64,000 bases of DNA from positions 5,275 through 69,274 of the forward strand of contig JAGNJD010000001.1 in assembly GCA_018000835.1 (NCBI GenBank), written 5' to 3'. The notes beneath the pieces were generated by a model. The model was given only the letters and a program-made list of their open reading frames with translations, made no database searches and had not been told where the DNA came from. Numbering within the stretch: the stretch's first letter is position 1; each line of letters begins with the position of its first letter. Shown piece after piece: positions 18,362 to 28,597 of the stretch. Both the position numbers and the translations under genes were made by a program. The DNA comes from Candidatus Goldiibacteriota bacterium. Its GTDB lineage: Bacteria > Oederibacteriota > PGYV01 > DSYL01.

Positions 18362-21001
18362 TTAAAATAACAAATACGGCATTTTTATCAAAAACGCGTA
18401 ATTAAACTCGTTGTCTCTGTTCATTGAAATGCGGAAGCCGACGTCTGCAGTTGCATAAAATGCAAATTTTGTTTCAAGATGCAGTTCAAGTCCATAAGAG
18501 TATGAATATGCATGCTCAGTAACACAATTATCAAAAAACACAAGTCCTGAAAGGTCTTCTACGTAAACGTTTATAGGATTCCATAATCCCCGCCTTATTT
18601 TTAACAGATTCCGCGATATTTCAAAAATTCCTGAAATTGCCTTGTCGCTGTAAATTGAATCTTTGTAACCCCTGATGTCAACTGAATTATCAACGTTTTC
18701 ATTTAAACCATAAAAGCCGTTCATTAAAAGCATTATTTTCGTCTCATGCAAAAAATAAGAAAATGCAAATCTTCCGTAATATCCTTCCTTTATTTCATCG
18801 TCCGGATTTAACGCTTTATCTTCAAATATTGCAGATGCAGATAAACCAAAATTAAAATCCGGATAATTAAATCCCAGATCTATTCCCTGGTCCATCCGGT
18901 TTCTTAAAAAATCGTCAAAAGTAAGATAATTAATGTTTATTGATATCTGCGAAAGTCCGGGCCTGTAACTTACGTATAAAGGATAGTTAATTCCGAATTT
19001 CAGTCTGTCGTCTCTTTTATCGTTATTGTTGGAATACGAAAAATTCATTTTTAGCGGAGCAAAAATGTTGGAACTCAGCAAAAAATCCTGATACGTTACT
19101 GAATCATTAACGTCATAGAGCATCTGTCCCGTCCAGTTAAAATCACCAACGGCATCTGCTCCGCTTAAAAGCAGTCCACCGTATAAATGGCCGTCTGAAT
19201 CGTATGCAACAAGCGGCATTCTGATACGCGGCCATAAAGTCAGAAGATTATCCCAATAACTTCCTTTTGAAATTTCATTTTCTTTTAGTATTGGATATTT
19301 TATCTCTTCAAATTTAGCCTCTTTAAATTTATATTCCCTGCTTTCCGGTTTTTTTATCCTGTAAACGTCAAAACCGTCCGTATTCAGTCCCACAAAATAC
19401 AAATCGCCGGTTGATGTGTCATAGGCAGGTGAACCTGCAACCCCGTTATCCGTTAACCTGTAAACTTTGTCTGTTTTCAGGTCATAACAATAAATTGAAT
19501 AAATTTTTTCATAATTTGACTTAAAAAATATTTTATCGTCACAAATTACCGCGTCATTTTCTATATAAGGGGTATCAATGAGAAGTTTCAGCGTTTTTTT
19601 ATTCTTATCAAACAAATATAAGCCTGGATTTTCGCCTTGCTTCTTTGCTATGCATACGACATTTTTACCGTCAGAATCAAGAAGCATAACGTGATAATCC
19701 GTATCCATTATGAATTTATCTTCCTTTGTTTCAACGTCGTATTCAAACATTTCAGAACCAAAAGAATGAACTTTATCTTTTGCATACGTTAATTTTCCGT
19801 AATTTATGAAATAGGTCCTTATCTCACCGGAGAGTATTTCTTTTTCGTCGTTTGTCAACATGTTTTTTTCATATATGACGGAATATTGCCCGAAAGTCCT
19901 GTTTGATTTGTTCGCAAAGCCCGGTTTTATTTCGTCAATTGAATAATACATGTTTGCTCCGTCAAACCTTAACGGATGATTTACGTTTGAAGTCGTTGAA
20001 AAATAAATTTCCTGTTCGTTGGTATTTAAATCCATTTCAACGACGTCCTGCCTCGTTCTCGTTGAAAAAGCACCGTTTTTATCAATTGCCGTTTTTACGA
20101 AATATAACTTATCCGTTTTAACGGCCGGATAAGAAACGTAACCGCCATAATTTGTAATCTTTTCGCCGGGCTGTTTGTAATTTTTAAATCTTTCCTTTTC
20201 GTATTCCTGCCACTCATTCCACAAATCAATCGTGGTTTTTCCAAAAATTTCGTCAAAAGTTCTGTCCATTCCAAGCCATGGAAATATGGGAGATAAATAT
20301 GACAGGACTGAACCGCCGTATGAATCGTAAAATTTTTTGAATTTATTTTCGCCATATCTTACTGCAAGAAAATTAAAAAATTCGCTGCCAAAAAGATACG
20401 GACCGTTGCCAAAAGGCGACTCAAGAGGCATATACGTTGCTTTTAATATGGAAGGAAATTTGTTTTCGTAGATACACGTTCCAATGTATGAATCAAAACC
20501 GCCGTCGTTTAACCTGCCCATAAAAGGCGAAATTTTTGATTCATTATATACCGTAATTGCTTCGTCAACCCATAACGGAGAAAAAATCTGCGGCGAAAGG
20601 AAATGACCAACAACGGTCGTAAAAACCCGCGGCAGTCCTTCTGATTTTGTAAGATGTAAAATATGCGTATATTCATGAATTGCACAGAGAGACAGCCAGT
20701 CAGCGTCGCCTGAATCGTAATTCATAATGTGGACGTTATAAAATACGGGGTCGGTATAGCCATTTACGTAAGTTCCATAATCGTCAAGGACTATTGAAAG
20801 CGATGAGGCGCTGTTTCCTACTATGTCTTCTGCAATGTGGCTGTATGAATTTAACGCCGATAACGTCTGAAGCGCCCTTTTTTCATATTCCTGCCTGTAA
20901 AACAGGGTAAATTTTTCGTTTTTTATTGCACACCAGTCATAAAAAGAAAAAGAAAACGTCGTCAGCATAAAAAAGGCAAAAATAAAGTATAATTTTTTCA
21001 T
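18362..21001 (-). CDS. Large secreted protein with an HExxH metallopeptidase-like N-domain, a TolB-like beta-propeller region and a C-terminal barrel-like domain
   Basis: 879 aa with a signal peptide. HEYTHILH zinc-binding motif. DSDGKNVVCIAKKQGENPGLYLFD propeller-like repeats. The C-terminus ends LLF. Confidence 0.45.
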   Translation of the reverse strand: MKKLYFIFAFFMLTTFSFSFYDWCAIKNEKFTLFYRQEYEKRALQTLSALNSYSHIAEDIVGNSASSLSIVLDDYGTYVNGYTDPVFYNVHIMNYDSGDADWLSLCAIHEYTHILHLTKSEGLPRVFTTVVGHFLSPQIFSPLWVDEAITVYNESKISPFMGRLNDGGFDSYIGTCIYENKFPSILKATYMPLESPFGNGPYLFGSEFFNFLAVRYGENKFKKFYDSYGGSVLSYLSPIFPWLGMDRTFDEIFGKTTIDLWNEWQEYEKERFKNYKQPGEKITNYGGYVSYPAVKTDKLYFVKTAIDKNGAFSTRTRQDVVEMDLNTNEQEIYFSTTSNVNHPLRFDGANMYYSIDEIKPGFANKSNRTFGQYSVIYEKNMLTNDEKEILSGEIRTYFINYGKLTYAKDKVHSFGSEMFEYDVETKEDKFIMDTDYHVMLLDSDGKNVVCIAKKQGENPGLYLFDKNKKTLKLLIDTPYIENDAVICDDKIFFKSNYEKIYSIYCYDLKTDKVYRLTDNGVAGSPAYDTSTGDLYFVGLNTDGFDVYRIKKPESREYKFKEAKFEEIKYPILKENEISKGSYWDNLLTLWPRIRMPLVAYDSDGHLYGGLLLSGADAVGDFNWTGQMLYDVNDSVTYQDFLLSSNIFAPLKMNFSYSNNNDKRDDRLKFGINYPLYVSYRPGLSQISININYLTFDDFLRNRMDQGIDLGFNYPDFNFGLSASAIFEDKALNPDDEIKEGYYGRFAFSYFLHETKIMLLMNGFYGLNENVDNSVDIRGYKDSIYSDKAISGIFEISRNLLKIRRGLWNPINVYVEDLSGLVFFDNCVTEHAYSYSYGLELHLETKFAFYATADVGFRISMNRDNEFNYAFLIKMPYLLF

Positions 21002-21015
21002 TTTTCATCCTTTCG

Positions 21016-21660
21016 TTATATAATTTTTTTTCTATAAACGGTTTTTAACATTTTATGCAACTGAATTGATACTTTCCAGTTTAATTCGTTTTTTAAGACA
21101 AAATTTGCTATGTCCCGCTGATTAAACCTGCCATAAACCGGTTGGGCAATTATCATTGCTTTTATTTTGTATTTTTGTAGAATTTCTTTCGCATAAACCA
21201 TGTCCTGATACGAGCCGATAACGAGTTTTAACTGGTCCTGCTCCCGCAACAATTTAAGATTGGAAAACTGCATCTTTTTGCTTTCGCCGGATGACGGCAA
21301 TTTCAGGTCCATGCTTACGTTGTCTGCATTAATATCTTTTATAGAGACGGATCCGTTTGTTTCAACAGTAAAAAATTTATTTTTTGACTTTTTTATGACG
21401 TCATTGACCTGCTTTTTGAATAACAACGGCTCCCCTCCTGTTATGTTTACGTATTTATACGAACTGTTCATGATTATGTCGATTAACGTATCAGTATCAA
21501 TGTCTGTCCCTTTAAAATAAGCATATTTTGTATCACACCAGCGACATCTTAAATTACATCCGGTCGTTCTTATAAATAAAGCAGGCAACCCCTGATATCT
21601 GCCTTCCCCTTCTATGTCATAAAAAATTTCATTAATTTTTATCGTGTTTTTCGTATTAAT
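21016..21660 (-). CDS. queE: 7-carboxy-7-deazaguanine synthase (radical SAM)
   Basis: FIRTTGCNLRCRWCDT radical-SAM cluster motif. The upstream in-frame sequence INEIFYDIEGEGRYQGLP matches the QueE N-terminus but contains no ATG/GTG/TTG. AAGGAGG followed by ATT ATT suggests an ATT start or a sequence error. The track ORF starts at 21588. Confidence 0.75.
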   Translation of the reverse strand: MNTKNTIKINEIFYDIEGEGRYQGLPALFIRTTGCNLRCRWCDTKYAYFKGTDIDTDTLIDIIMNSSYKYVNITGGEPLLFKKQVNDVIKKSKNKFFTVETNGSVSIKDINADNVSMDLKLPSSGESKKMQFSNLKLLREQDQLKLVIGSYQDMVYAKEILQKYKIKAMIIAQPVYGRFNQRDIANFVLKNELNWKVSIQLHKMLKTVYRKKII

Positions 21661-21888
21661 AATACCTTCCTCCTTAAATTAATGGGCAAACATGGCGTAG
21701 CAAAGTAGCGCTGTTTTCGGCCGTAAATACGGGATTGCTTTATCACAACGTTCACCGCAATAATTACGTAAAATGATTTTCAGCAGTTTATTACGTATAA
21801 ATCGTGGTCTTTTATGCTTGACACGTAACTTTTTACCTATATAATTTTATCCTGTATTTATTATATAAAATAACAGACAGGAGATTTA

Positions 21889-23793
21889 ATGCATAAAAAA
21901 TTTTTTTATATTATACTCTTTGGTGCCATTTTTTCAATAACATTTGCCGATGGTATCATCATAAAGACGGACAAAGATAATTATTACCGTTATGAGTGCG
22001 TAAGAATTTCCTGTAAATACATTCCTGATAAACAAAACGAAAAAACAAATATACTGGATTCAATACTAAAGCAGGCAACCCCTGATAATAAAAACATAAA
22101 AAAACAGGCACAATGTTATGGTCGTGTTTATTTCAATAATAAATTAATAAAAACCGTCGGCAACACAGTGGAACTGTCTTTAAAATACAACGAAACCATG
22201 GATATCTGGGAAGCAAGCTGGCCAATCCCGTGGAACCCGGTTACCGGGAATTACGAATTTTTTGTAATTTTAAAAATGAACGGAAAAAGTTATTCCGGAA
22301 AAAAAAGTTTCAACGTGATAAAAAGGACACCTGCGCCGATGGACAAAAATTTATGCGTAATGGACATAGAACCGGGAGACAGCATAATTCAAAGAGTTCC
22401 AGGCGCAGGCGGACAGTCCGTTAAAATCTGGGAAAACTACGTATTATGGGCAAAATTTATGGGCGCTTCTGCTTTATGGCATTGTGCGGGACAATCGCAA
22501 ATCTGGAATTCGTTTAATCCTGCAATTTTTCCATGGGACAAAACGACTATAAAACAGGTGCGGGAAATCGCACAGGCGTGTCATGACTATGGAATGAAAT
22601 ACGGTGCATACATATTAAGTTTTATCGTCCTTGGAAACAGGAGGGATTTATCGCCGTATGAACAGACGACGGGTTATGACAAACAAAACAACGCTTTAAG
22701 AAAACTGATTTACATATCCATAGCAGACCAGAAACGCTGGAATGACATTATAGAATTATTTAAATATTTTAATTCCATTCCAGAAGTTGATTTTGTAGGA
22801 ATGGATTACGTCAGGACAGATTTTGGCGGCTATGAAAACGTCAATGAATTCGTAAGCGATATGCCAATTAAAAATCTGCCGGATGACTGGGGCGATTTAA
22901 CCGACGAAGGCAAAATGCTATGGCTTGGCAAGACCCTTGAAATAGACAAAGACCCTGATACGGAACAGATGTGGCAGTGGTGGCGTGCACATAAAATGTC
23001 AAAAATTATAAAGGAAATAAAAGAAAAATCCGGACTTAAAAAACCGTTATGGACTTATACGCTTACCTGGCGTCAGGGTAAAGAACATGGTCAGGATCCG
23101 CTTATGTTCATTGATGCAGGAGTTGACATTAATGCACTGATGTTTTATTCAATAGACAAAAAAACCTATCCTCAGATGATAGACGACTGGTATTATTATT
23201 TAAAAAGAGGGAATTCAAACATCTTATCAGGCCAATGCGTTGACTGGTATTTACTTGGCAGGTCATATAACCCGTCGGGTCCGGAAGAGCATTTCCTGCG
23301 TCAGAAATTTGCATGTGATAAATTGCAAAAAGTAAACCCGTCTTTTGGTTTTTTCTGGCACGATTTGACCCGTGCTTTTAAATCAACAAAGGGACCGTAT
23401 TCGGCTCTCGAATGGGCCGTTACCGGTGGTGCGACTTTTACGTATTTACGGAAATTAAATGATTTCTTCCCTTTTGAAGTTACGTGGGACGCTCCGGACA
23501 AAGTTGCGAAAGACGAAGTTTTTAACATCGACATAACGATTAAAAATAATGCGCCCATTTCCCTGGATTACTATCTGAAACTTCTAAAAGTATCAAACCT
23601 TGAGATGTATGGCGACATATCACAACAGTTTTATCTGGCACCGGACGAAATTAAATCTTTTTCATTCCAGGTAAAAGCAATCGAGCGGACGTATAAAAAA
23701 AATTTCATGCAGATGCTTGCTTTTATGATACAGTATGACGGATTAAAAACACAGCAAAGGTATTTTGATTTTAAATACATTGAGGTCCGTTAA
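21889..23793 (+). CDS. Secreted hypothetical protein (possible TIM-barrel glycosidase-like)
   Basis: 634 aa with signal peptide [20 protein letters not shown]. Trp-rich. No firm family assignment. Confidence 0.4.
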   Translation: MHKKFFYIILFGAIFSITFADGIIIKTDKDNYYRYECVRISCKYIPDKQNEKTNILDSILKQATPDNKNIKKQAQCYGRVYFNNKLIKTVGNTVELSLKYNETMDIWEASWPIPWNPVTGNYEFFVILKMNGKSYSGKKSFNVIKRTPAPMDKNLCVMDIEPGDSIIQRVPGAGGQSVKIWENYVLWAKFMGASALWHCAGQSQIWNSFNPAIFPWDKTTIKQVREIAQACHDYGMKYGAYILSFIVLGNRRDLSPYEQTTGYDKQNNALRKLIYISIADQKRWNDIIELFKYFNSIPEVDFVGMDYVRTDFGGYENVNEFVSDMPIKNLPDDWGDLTDEGKMLWLGKTLEIDKDPDTEQMWQWWRAHKMSKIIKEIKEKSGLKKPLWTYTLTWRQGKEHGQDPLMFIDAGVDINALMFYSIDKKTYPQMIDDWYYYLKRGNSNILSGQCVDWYLLGRSYNPSGPEEHFLRQKFACDKLQKVNPSFGFFWHDLTRAFKSTKGPYSALEWAVTGGATFTYLRKLNDFFPFEVTWDAPDKVAKDEVFNIDITIKNNAPISLDYYLKLLKVSNLEMYGDISQQFYLAPDEIKSFSFQVKAIERTYKKNFMQMLAFMIQYDGLKTQQRYFDFKYIEVR

Positions 23794-23794
23794 A

Positions 23795-25597
23795 GTGGAC
23801 AATTCTTACCTCCGGTTTATAAGAAATTTTTCCATAATAGCTCACATTGACCATGGAAAATCCACGCTTGCGGACAGGCTTATTGAATATACCGGAACAG
23901 TTGAAAAAAGAAAAATGAAAGAACAGTTCATGGATTCAATGGACCTGGAACGAGAACGTGGAATAACAATCAAGGCAAAAGCAGTCCAGTTAAAATATAA
24001 ATACGACAACCACGAGTATACTTTGAACATGATTGATACACCGGGACACGTTGATTTTTCTTACGAAGTATCAAGGAGTTTAAGGGCTTCCGACGGTGCA
24101 CTTCTTGTGGTTGATGCTTCACAGGGCGTTGAAGCACAGACGCTTGCCAACGCTCACATTGCGCTTGGGCTTAATCTGCCGTTGATACCGGTAATAAATA
24201 AGATTGACCTGCCGAATGCAGACGTAGATAAAACAAAAAAAGAATTAAAAGAAATGCTTAATCTTTCGCCGGAAGATGCAATACCTGCAAGTGCAAAAGA
24301 AGGCATAGGAACCCGGGAAATCCTCGAAGCAATAATAAAAAAAATAAAATCACCGGAAGGTGACGTCAATGCACCTTTAAATGCATTAATCATGGATGCC
24401 CAGTTTGATTTTTATAAAGGAGTCATTGTATTCGTCCGCATTTACGACGGTTTTATAAAAAAATCCATGAAAATCAGAATGATGGCTACCGATACTATCC
24501 GTGAAGTAACGGCCGTCGGAATCTTTAAACCTGATAAAGTAGATACTGAAATTTTAAAAGCAGGTGATGTTGGATACATTGAAGCCGGAATAAAATCAAT
24601 AAATGAAATTAAAATCGGCGATACTATAACAGAATCTGCAAATCCGGTATCTCATCCCCTGGAGGGATATAAAGAAGTAAAACCAATGGTATTTTGTGGT
24701 TTATTTCCTGTTGAAAACGAACGATATCCTGAATTAAAAGATGCCCTTCAAAAATTAAAATTAAACGATGCATCTCTGCAATTTGAACCGGAAACGTCGG
24801 AAGCACTTGGTTTTGGTTTCAGATGCGGTTTTCTCGGGCTCCTTCACATGGAAATAATACAGGAACGTCTTGAACGCGAATATAACCTGAATCTGATTGC
24901 CACGGCCCCAAACGTTGAATATAAAATCCGGACAACATCAAATGAATTTATCATGTGTGACAACCCAGCTTTATTCCCTGATTTTTCAAAAATTGAAATA
25001 ATAGAAGAACCTTACGTGAAACTTTCCATAATTACTCCATCCGAATACGTAGGAATAATAATGCAATTATGCCAGTCACGCAGAGGAGTATACGTAAACA
25101 CGGAATATCTTTCCATCAACAGGGCAATAATAACTTATGAAATTCCACTTTCAGAAATAATATGGGATTTTTATGACAAATTAAAATCATGCACGCGCGG
25201 CTATGCAACCATGGATTATGAATTAATTGATTACAGACCGGGCGATTTAAAAAAGGTTGATATCCTTGTAAATCATGAAAAAATAGATTCCCTGTCTTTT
25301 ATTGTGCATAAGGATTTTGCTTATAAAAAAGCAAAATCACTCGTTGAAAAATTAAAAGAAGTAATACCGAGACATCTTTTTCCACTGCCAATACAGGGCG
25401 CAATAGGCGGCCAGATAATTGCGAGAGAAACCATACCTGCATTGCGTAAAGACGTTCTTGCAAAATGCTATGGCGGCGACATCACAAGGAAAAGAAAACT
25501 TCTTGAAAAACAAAAAGAAGGCAAAAAAAGGATGAAACATCTGGGCAACGTCGAAATACCGCAGGACGCATTTCTGGCAATATTAAAGGTGGAATAA
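23795..25597 (+). CDS. lepA: Elongation factor 4 (LepA)
   Basis: [18 protein letters not shown]1 motif, [13 protein letters not shown], and the LepA-specific C-terminal domain. A GTG at ~23795 gives a typical N-terminal length. The alternative ATG at 23765 overlaps the upstream gene. Confidence 0.95.
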   Translation: MDNSYLRFIRNFSIIAHIDHGKSTLADRLIEYTGTVEKRKMKEQFMDSMDLERERGITIKAKAVQLKYKYDNHEYTLNMIDTPGHVDFSYEVSRSLRASDGALLVVDASQGVEAQTLANAHIALGLNLPLIPVINKIDLPNADVDKTKKELKEMLNLSPEDAIPASAKEGIGTREILEAIIKKIKSPEGDVNAPLNALIMDAQFDFYKGVIVFVRIYDGFIKKSMKIRMMATDTIREVTAVGIFKPDKVDTEILKAGDVGYIEAGIKSINEIKIGDTITESANPVSHPLEGYKEVKPMVFCGLFPVENERYPELKDALQKLKLNDASLQFEPETSEALGFGFRCGFLGLLHMEIIQERLEREYNLNLIATAPNVEYKIRTTSNEFIMCDNPALFPDFSKIEIIEEPYVKLSIITPSEYVGIIMQLCQSRRGVYVNTEYLSINRAIITYEIPLSEIIWDFYDKLKSCTRGYATMDYELIDYRPGDLKKVDILVNHEKIDSLSFIVHKDFAYKKAKSLVEKLKEVIPRHLFPLPIQGAIGGQIIARETIPALRKDVLAKCYGGDITRKRKLLEKQKEGKKRMKHLGNVEIPQDAFLAILKVE

Positions 25598-25671
25598 ACG
25601 TCATCCGGCCATTGCGGTTGTTTCAGTTTTTCCAAATAAATGATTGTCAATCAGCAACCGGCAGGACTGCT

Positions 25672-25974
25672 TTACAGATTCCTTCCCCACATGACGAGCG
25701 AAAAAGACAAAAGACACAACAATATGACGCCGCCGGTTACCATCCATTGTTTGTAATTTCCTTCCTCTTTTATTGTTTTAACGTATATTATGTCTTTTAT
25801 CTTTGAATAAGGTATGTAATATTTTTCCGTTTCCGTCTGCACGCCAATCTGATCTTCTTTTAACTCAAAAATCTTTGCATTTAACGTATTTCCATCATTG
25901 AAAATTATTATGTCTGAACGGACGTTTATAAATAAAACGCTTATAAAAAATAAAATTATTAGTAATTTTTTCAT
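25672..25974 (-). CDS. Small secreted/membrane-anchored hypothetical protein
   Basis: 100 aa with an N-terminal signal peptide and a C-terminal TM segment. Confidence 0.3.
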   Translation of the reverse strand: MKKLLIILFFISVLFINVRSDIIIFNDGNTLNAKIFELKEDQIGVQTETEKYYIPYSKIKDIIYVKTIKEEGNYKQWMVTGGVILLCLLSFSLVMWGRNL

Positions 25975-26184
25975 GTTCCACCTTTTAACCGGCTGTTGAA
26001 AACGCCGGATACGGATTTATCCGCTGCCGTTCTGTTCTTAATGACGGAATGTTTTTTCTGATGTCTGCTAATTTGCATAATATTATAATATTTATCGTAA
26101 ATCCGCAACCGATAAAATTTCTCAATCCGGACTGCCCGGATTAAAACCTTTTTGAAAACCAGTTGTTTTAAATTATTATGCACT

Positions 26185-26209
26185 CCTGTCCGGTAAAAAA
26201 TACAGATTT
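26185..26209 (+). repeat. Dispersed motif CCTGTCCGGTAAAAAATACAGATTT (copy)
   Basis: The same 24-25-nt string recurs at ~36716 and ~60518. A partial inverted partner TTGACCGGACAT lies ~60 nt downstream. Confidence 0.7.
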
Positions 26210-26343
26210 AATATAATTCTTTTAAAATTATTTACTTTTATAAAATCTTTGATTTGACCGGACATCAATTATAATAGAAGGATTGATTGTTTTTTTCTGT
26301 CTTGCCATTTATTCGTTCCATTGCTATACTTATTACATAATTA

Positions 26344-26757
26344 ATGCATGGAGTGGAAATGGAAGATAAAAACAAATCCGAAGATAACATTGATTTTATT
26401 AATTTGATACTGATGCTTAACCAGAACGCCCTTATATCACTCGGTGAGATACCGCGGTTTATTGGTGGTAAAAAAAATGCAAACCTGCCCGTTGCACGGC
26501 AAACGATAAACATGATAAAAGCAATACAGGAAAAAACGAAAAACAATTTAACTCCCGGAGAAACAAAGCTTATTTTCCGGACTCTCGGGGAATTACAAAA
26601 AAAATACGTCACGATTACAGGTCTTGATAAATCCGGACCCATTAAAACGCAATCCGCAAAAACCGACATGGAAAATGCTCTGGACAAATTGTCAAATGAT
26701 GACCTTGAAAAAATATTATCCGAATTAAGAAAACAAACAAATGAAGGAAATAAATAA
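26344..26757 (+). CDS. DUF1844-like small protein (hypothetical)
   Basis: 137 aa. The FINLILMLNQNALISLGE segment resembles the DUF1844 family, but the assignment is weak. Confidence 0.4.
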   Translation: MHGVEMEDKNKSEDNIDFINLILMLNQNALISLGEIPRFIGGKKNANLPVARQTINMIKAIQEKTKNNLTPGETKLIFRTLGELQKKYVTITGLDKSGPIKTQSAKTDMENALDKLSNDDLEKILSELRKQTNEGNK

Positions 26758-27241
26758 CGTAAAATCAATAGGCGTCCTGTCGGATTCTCACATCCCTACG
26801 CGTGCAAAAAAACTTCCCGAATCGGTTTTTAAATTGCTTGAAAACGTTGACATAATAATACACTGCGGAGACATAACGACTCAGGACGTAATTTCCGGAT
26901 TAAATTCAATAGCACCTGTTTACCCTGTAAAAGGCAACATGGACCGTGATGACGTTATTTTTCCATCCGAACTTATTTTTAGAATAAATAACAGATTTAT
27001 CTTCTGCATAACGCATGGAAGCGGGGACCCTTTTGGTTTAAAGCAAAGGTTATATAAAAAATTTCTAACATATAAACCCGACGTTATAATATTCGGACAT
27101 TCGCACATACCGGAAAACACGAAATATAACGAAACGCTCATGTTTAATCCGGGAAGTTGCACCCAGGGATTTAAAGGCAACTCCGCCGGGATTATTAGTT
27201 TATCGGATGATAAAATCACCGCGGAAATAAAATATTTATGA
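26741..27241 (+). CDS. YfcE/MJ0936-family metallophosphoesterase
   Basis: GVLSDSHIP...IIHCGDI...GHSHIP metallophosphatase motifs. Confidence 0.75.
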   Translation: MKEINNVKSIGVLSDSHIPTRAKKLPESVFKLLENVDIIIHCGDITTQDVISGLNSIAPVYPVKGNMDRDDVIFPSELIFRINNRFIFCITHGSGDPFGLKQRLYKKFLTYKPDVIIFGHSHIPENTKYNETLMFNPGSCTQGFKGNSAGIISLSDDKITAEIKYL

Positions 27242-27310
27242 AAGCAACCTATTATGCCGGGTAACATACATTAAATAATAAATTATAGAAACACCTCTTT
27301 GCTGTCATTG

Positions 27311-27337
27311 CTGTCCGGTTAATTTACCGGGCAGGAG
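27311..27337. repeat. Short palindromic copy of the dispersed motif (CTGTCCGGTTAATTTACCGGGCAGGAG)
   Basis: Compact inverted repeat built from the same CCGGTAAA / TTTACCGG half-sites. Confidence 0.6.
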
Positions 27338-27416
27338 TGCTTTGCTGTCCAATAATTTAACAAAAGGAATTATCTGAAAATTTATTTTTTTTACAGGGTA
27401 AAAGTGATGAAAATAC

Positions 27417-28553
27417 TTATTTTATTTTTTTATAAACGTAGTAAAAATATCTTACTCCATGACTGTCAATAACGTCCATGGGGATCTGAAGAAAACCGGT
27501 TTTATAAAATTTTTTATTGCCAAAATTCTGATGAAAAATAACACTGCAGATTATGTCATCTTTTTCAGATTTTGCAAACGACATAAGTCGTGCCGTCGTC
27601 GTAATCGTATTGCCATATACGTTTAATGATTTTTGTCCTGCTATATTTACTTCTGCCAGTAAATCCATGCCATTATTTACCGCCGTTCTTGCGTTCCATT
27701 GAGGAATTCGTTTTTTTACATTTTCAACGTTTGCTTTTTTCATTTCCATCAAAAATTTCAAGGCGAACTGAAAATTAATGTCCTGTTCTTCCCTGTTCCC
27801 CAAAAAACACAAATATGCACCATCACCCAGCAGAATAAGTATGTAATCTTTATAATTTAAAAGTAGTTTATTTAATATTGAATTAAACTGCGGTATCCAG
27901 TAATCCCGTTGCGTTTCAAGGTCCGTTTCAGTGGATGCCCTGATATCAATGCCAAGGCAGGAATTAAAATGCTCTTTACCCGTTTCAAGAACCTTTGAAA
28001 AATTCAATGGAATAAAAACATTGCTTACTTTGTTTTTTGACGTCTCTTCTTCCCCGGATAGAATCCTGACTTTGTATTTAAATCCTTCGTAATATTCTGA
28101 ATCTCCGGGAAAAGTAAAACCATCGTATTTATAAAATGCGGCCTGTGCATCAATGCCCGCTTGTTTTATCCATTTTTCCATGATATTTCTGTCTGCTTTT
28201 ACGGTTATTACAAAAAATATGGTATCTTCCGGCCTTATTTCCTCACCCGCGCCGTAAGACAATAATTTGTATTCACCGCCTCTTTTTATAAACGTGCCGG
28301 CAAAAGAATCCGGTTTCTGGATTTTCGTCGTTTGTTTAAAAACATTTTCAGGAGGCAAACCGTCAAAAATACGCCATGCATTTTTTTCCCATTTAATGTA
28401 TGCCTGAATGCGTGAAAGGATCGATTTTTCGTCGGGACATAACTTTACGTCAAGCCCCTCAAAATCCCGTCCTATAAGATAGGTCTTATTTTTATCCTTT
28501 AATTCAATTATTTCCTTTTTGCCGCAAACGCCGCAGCAAAATTCAAGTATCAT
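27417..28553 (-). CDS. Zn-ribbon plus FHA domain plus class-III nucleotidyl-cyclase-like domain protein
   Basis: 378 aa. N-terminal CCGVCGK zinc ribbon. FHA-like YLIGRD...LDVKL...ILSRIQAYIKWE...WRIFDG. The C-terminal CLGIDIRAS / ILLGDGAY / ARTAVNNGM...VYGNTITTTARLMS block parallels the cyclase homology domain motifs FxDIxGFT / KTIGDAYM / RIGIHTG...GDTVNTASRMES. Confidence 0.5.
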   Translation of the reverse strand: MILEFCCGVCGKKEIIELKDKNKTYLIGRDFEGLDVKLCPDEKSILSRIQAYIKWEKNAWRIFDGLPPENVFKQTTKIQKPDSFAGTFIKRGGEYKLLSYGAGEEIRPEDTIFFVITVKADRNIMEKWIKQAGIDAQAAFYKYDGFTFPGDSEYYEGFKYKVRILSGEEETSKNKVSNVFIPLNFSKVLETGKEHFNSCLGIDIRASTETDLETQRDYWIPQFNSILNKLLLNYKDYILILLGDGAYLCFLGNREEQDINFQFALKFLMEMKKANVENVKKRIPQWNARTAVNNGMDLLAEVNIAGQKSLNVYGNTITTTARLMSFAKSEKDDIICSVIFHQNFGNKKFYKTGFLQIPMDVIDSHGVRYFYYVYKKIK

Positions 28554-28597
28554 ATTTTGTCTCCCGGCAAATTTAACGTTATTATAACATACAAGCC

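Noticed and set aside
26265-26768. 167-aa minus-strand ORF
   Set aside because: It is fully antisense to the DUF1844-like and phosphoesterase genes, whose frames have better motifs and spacing.
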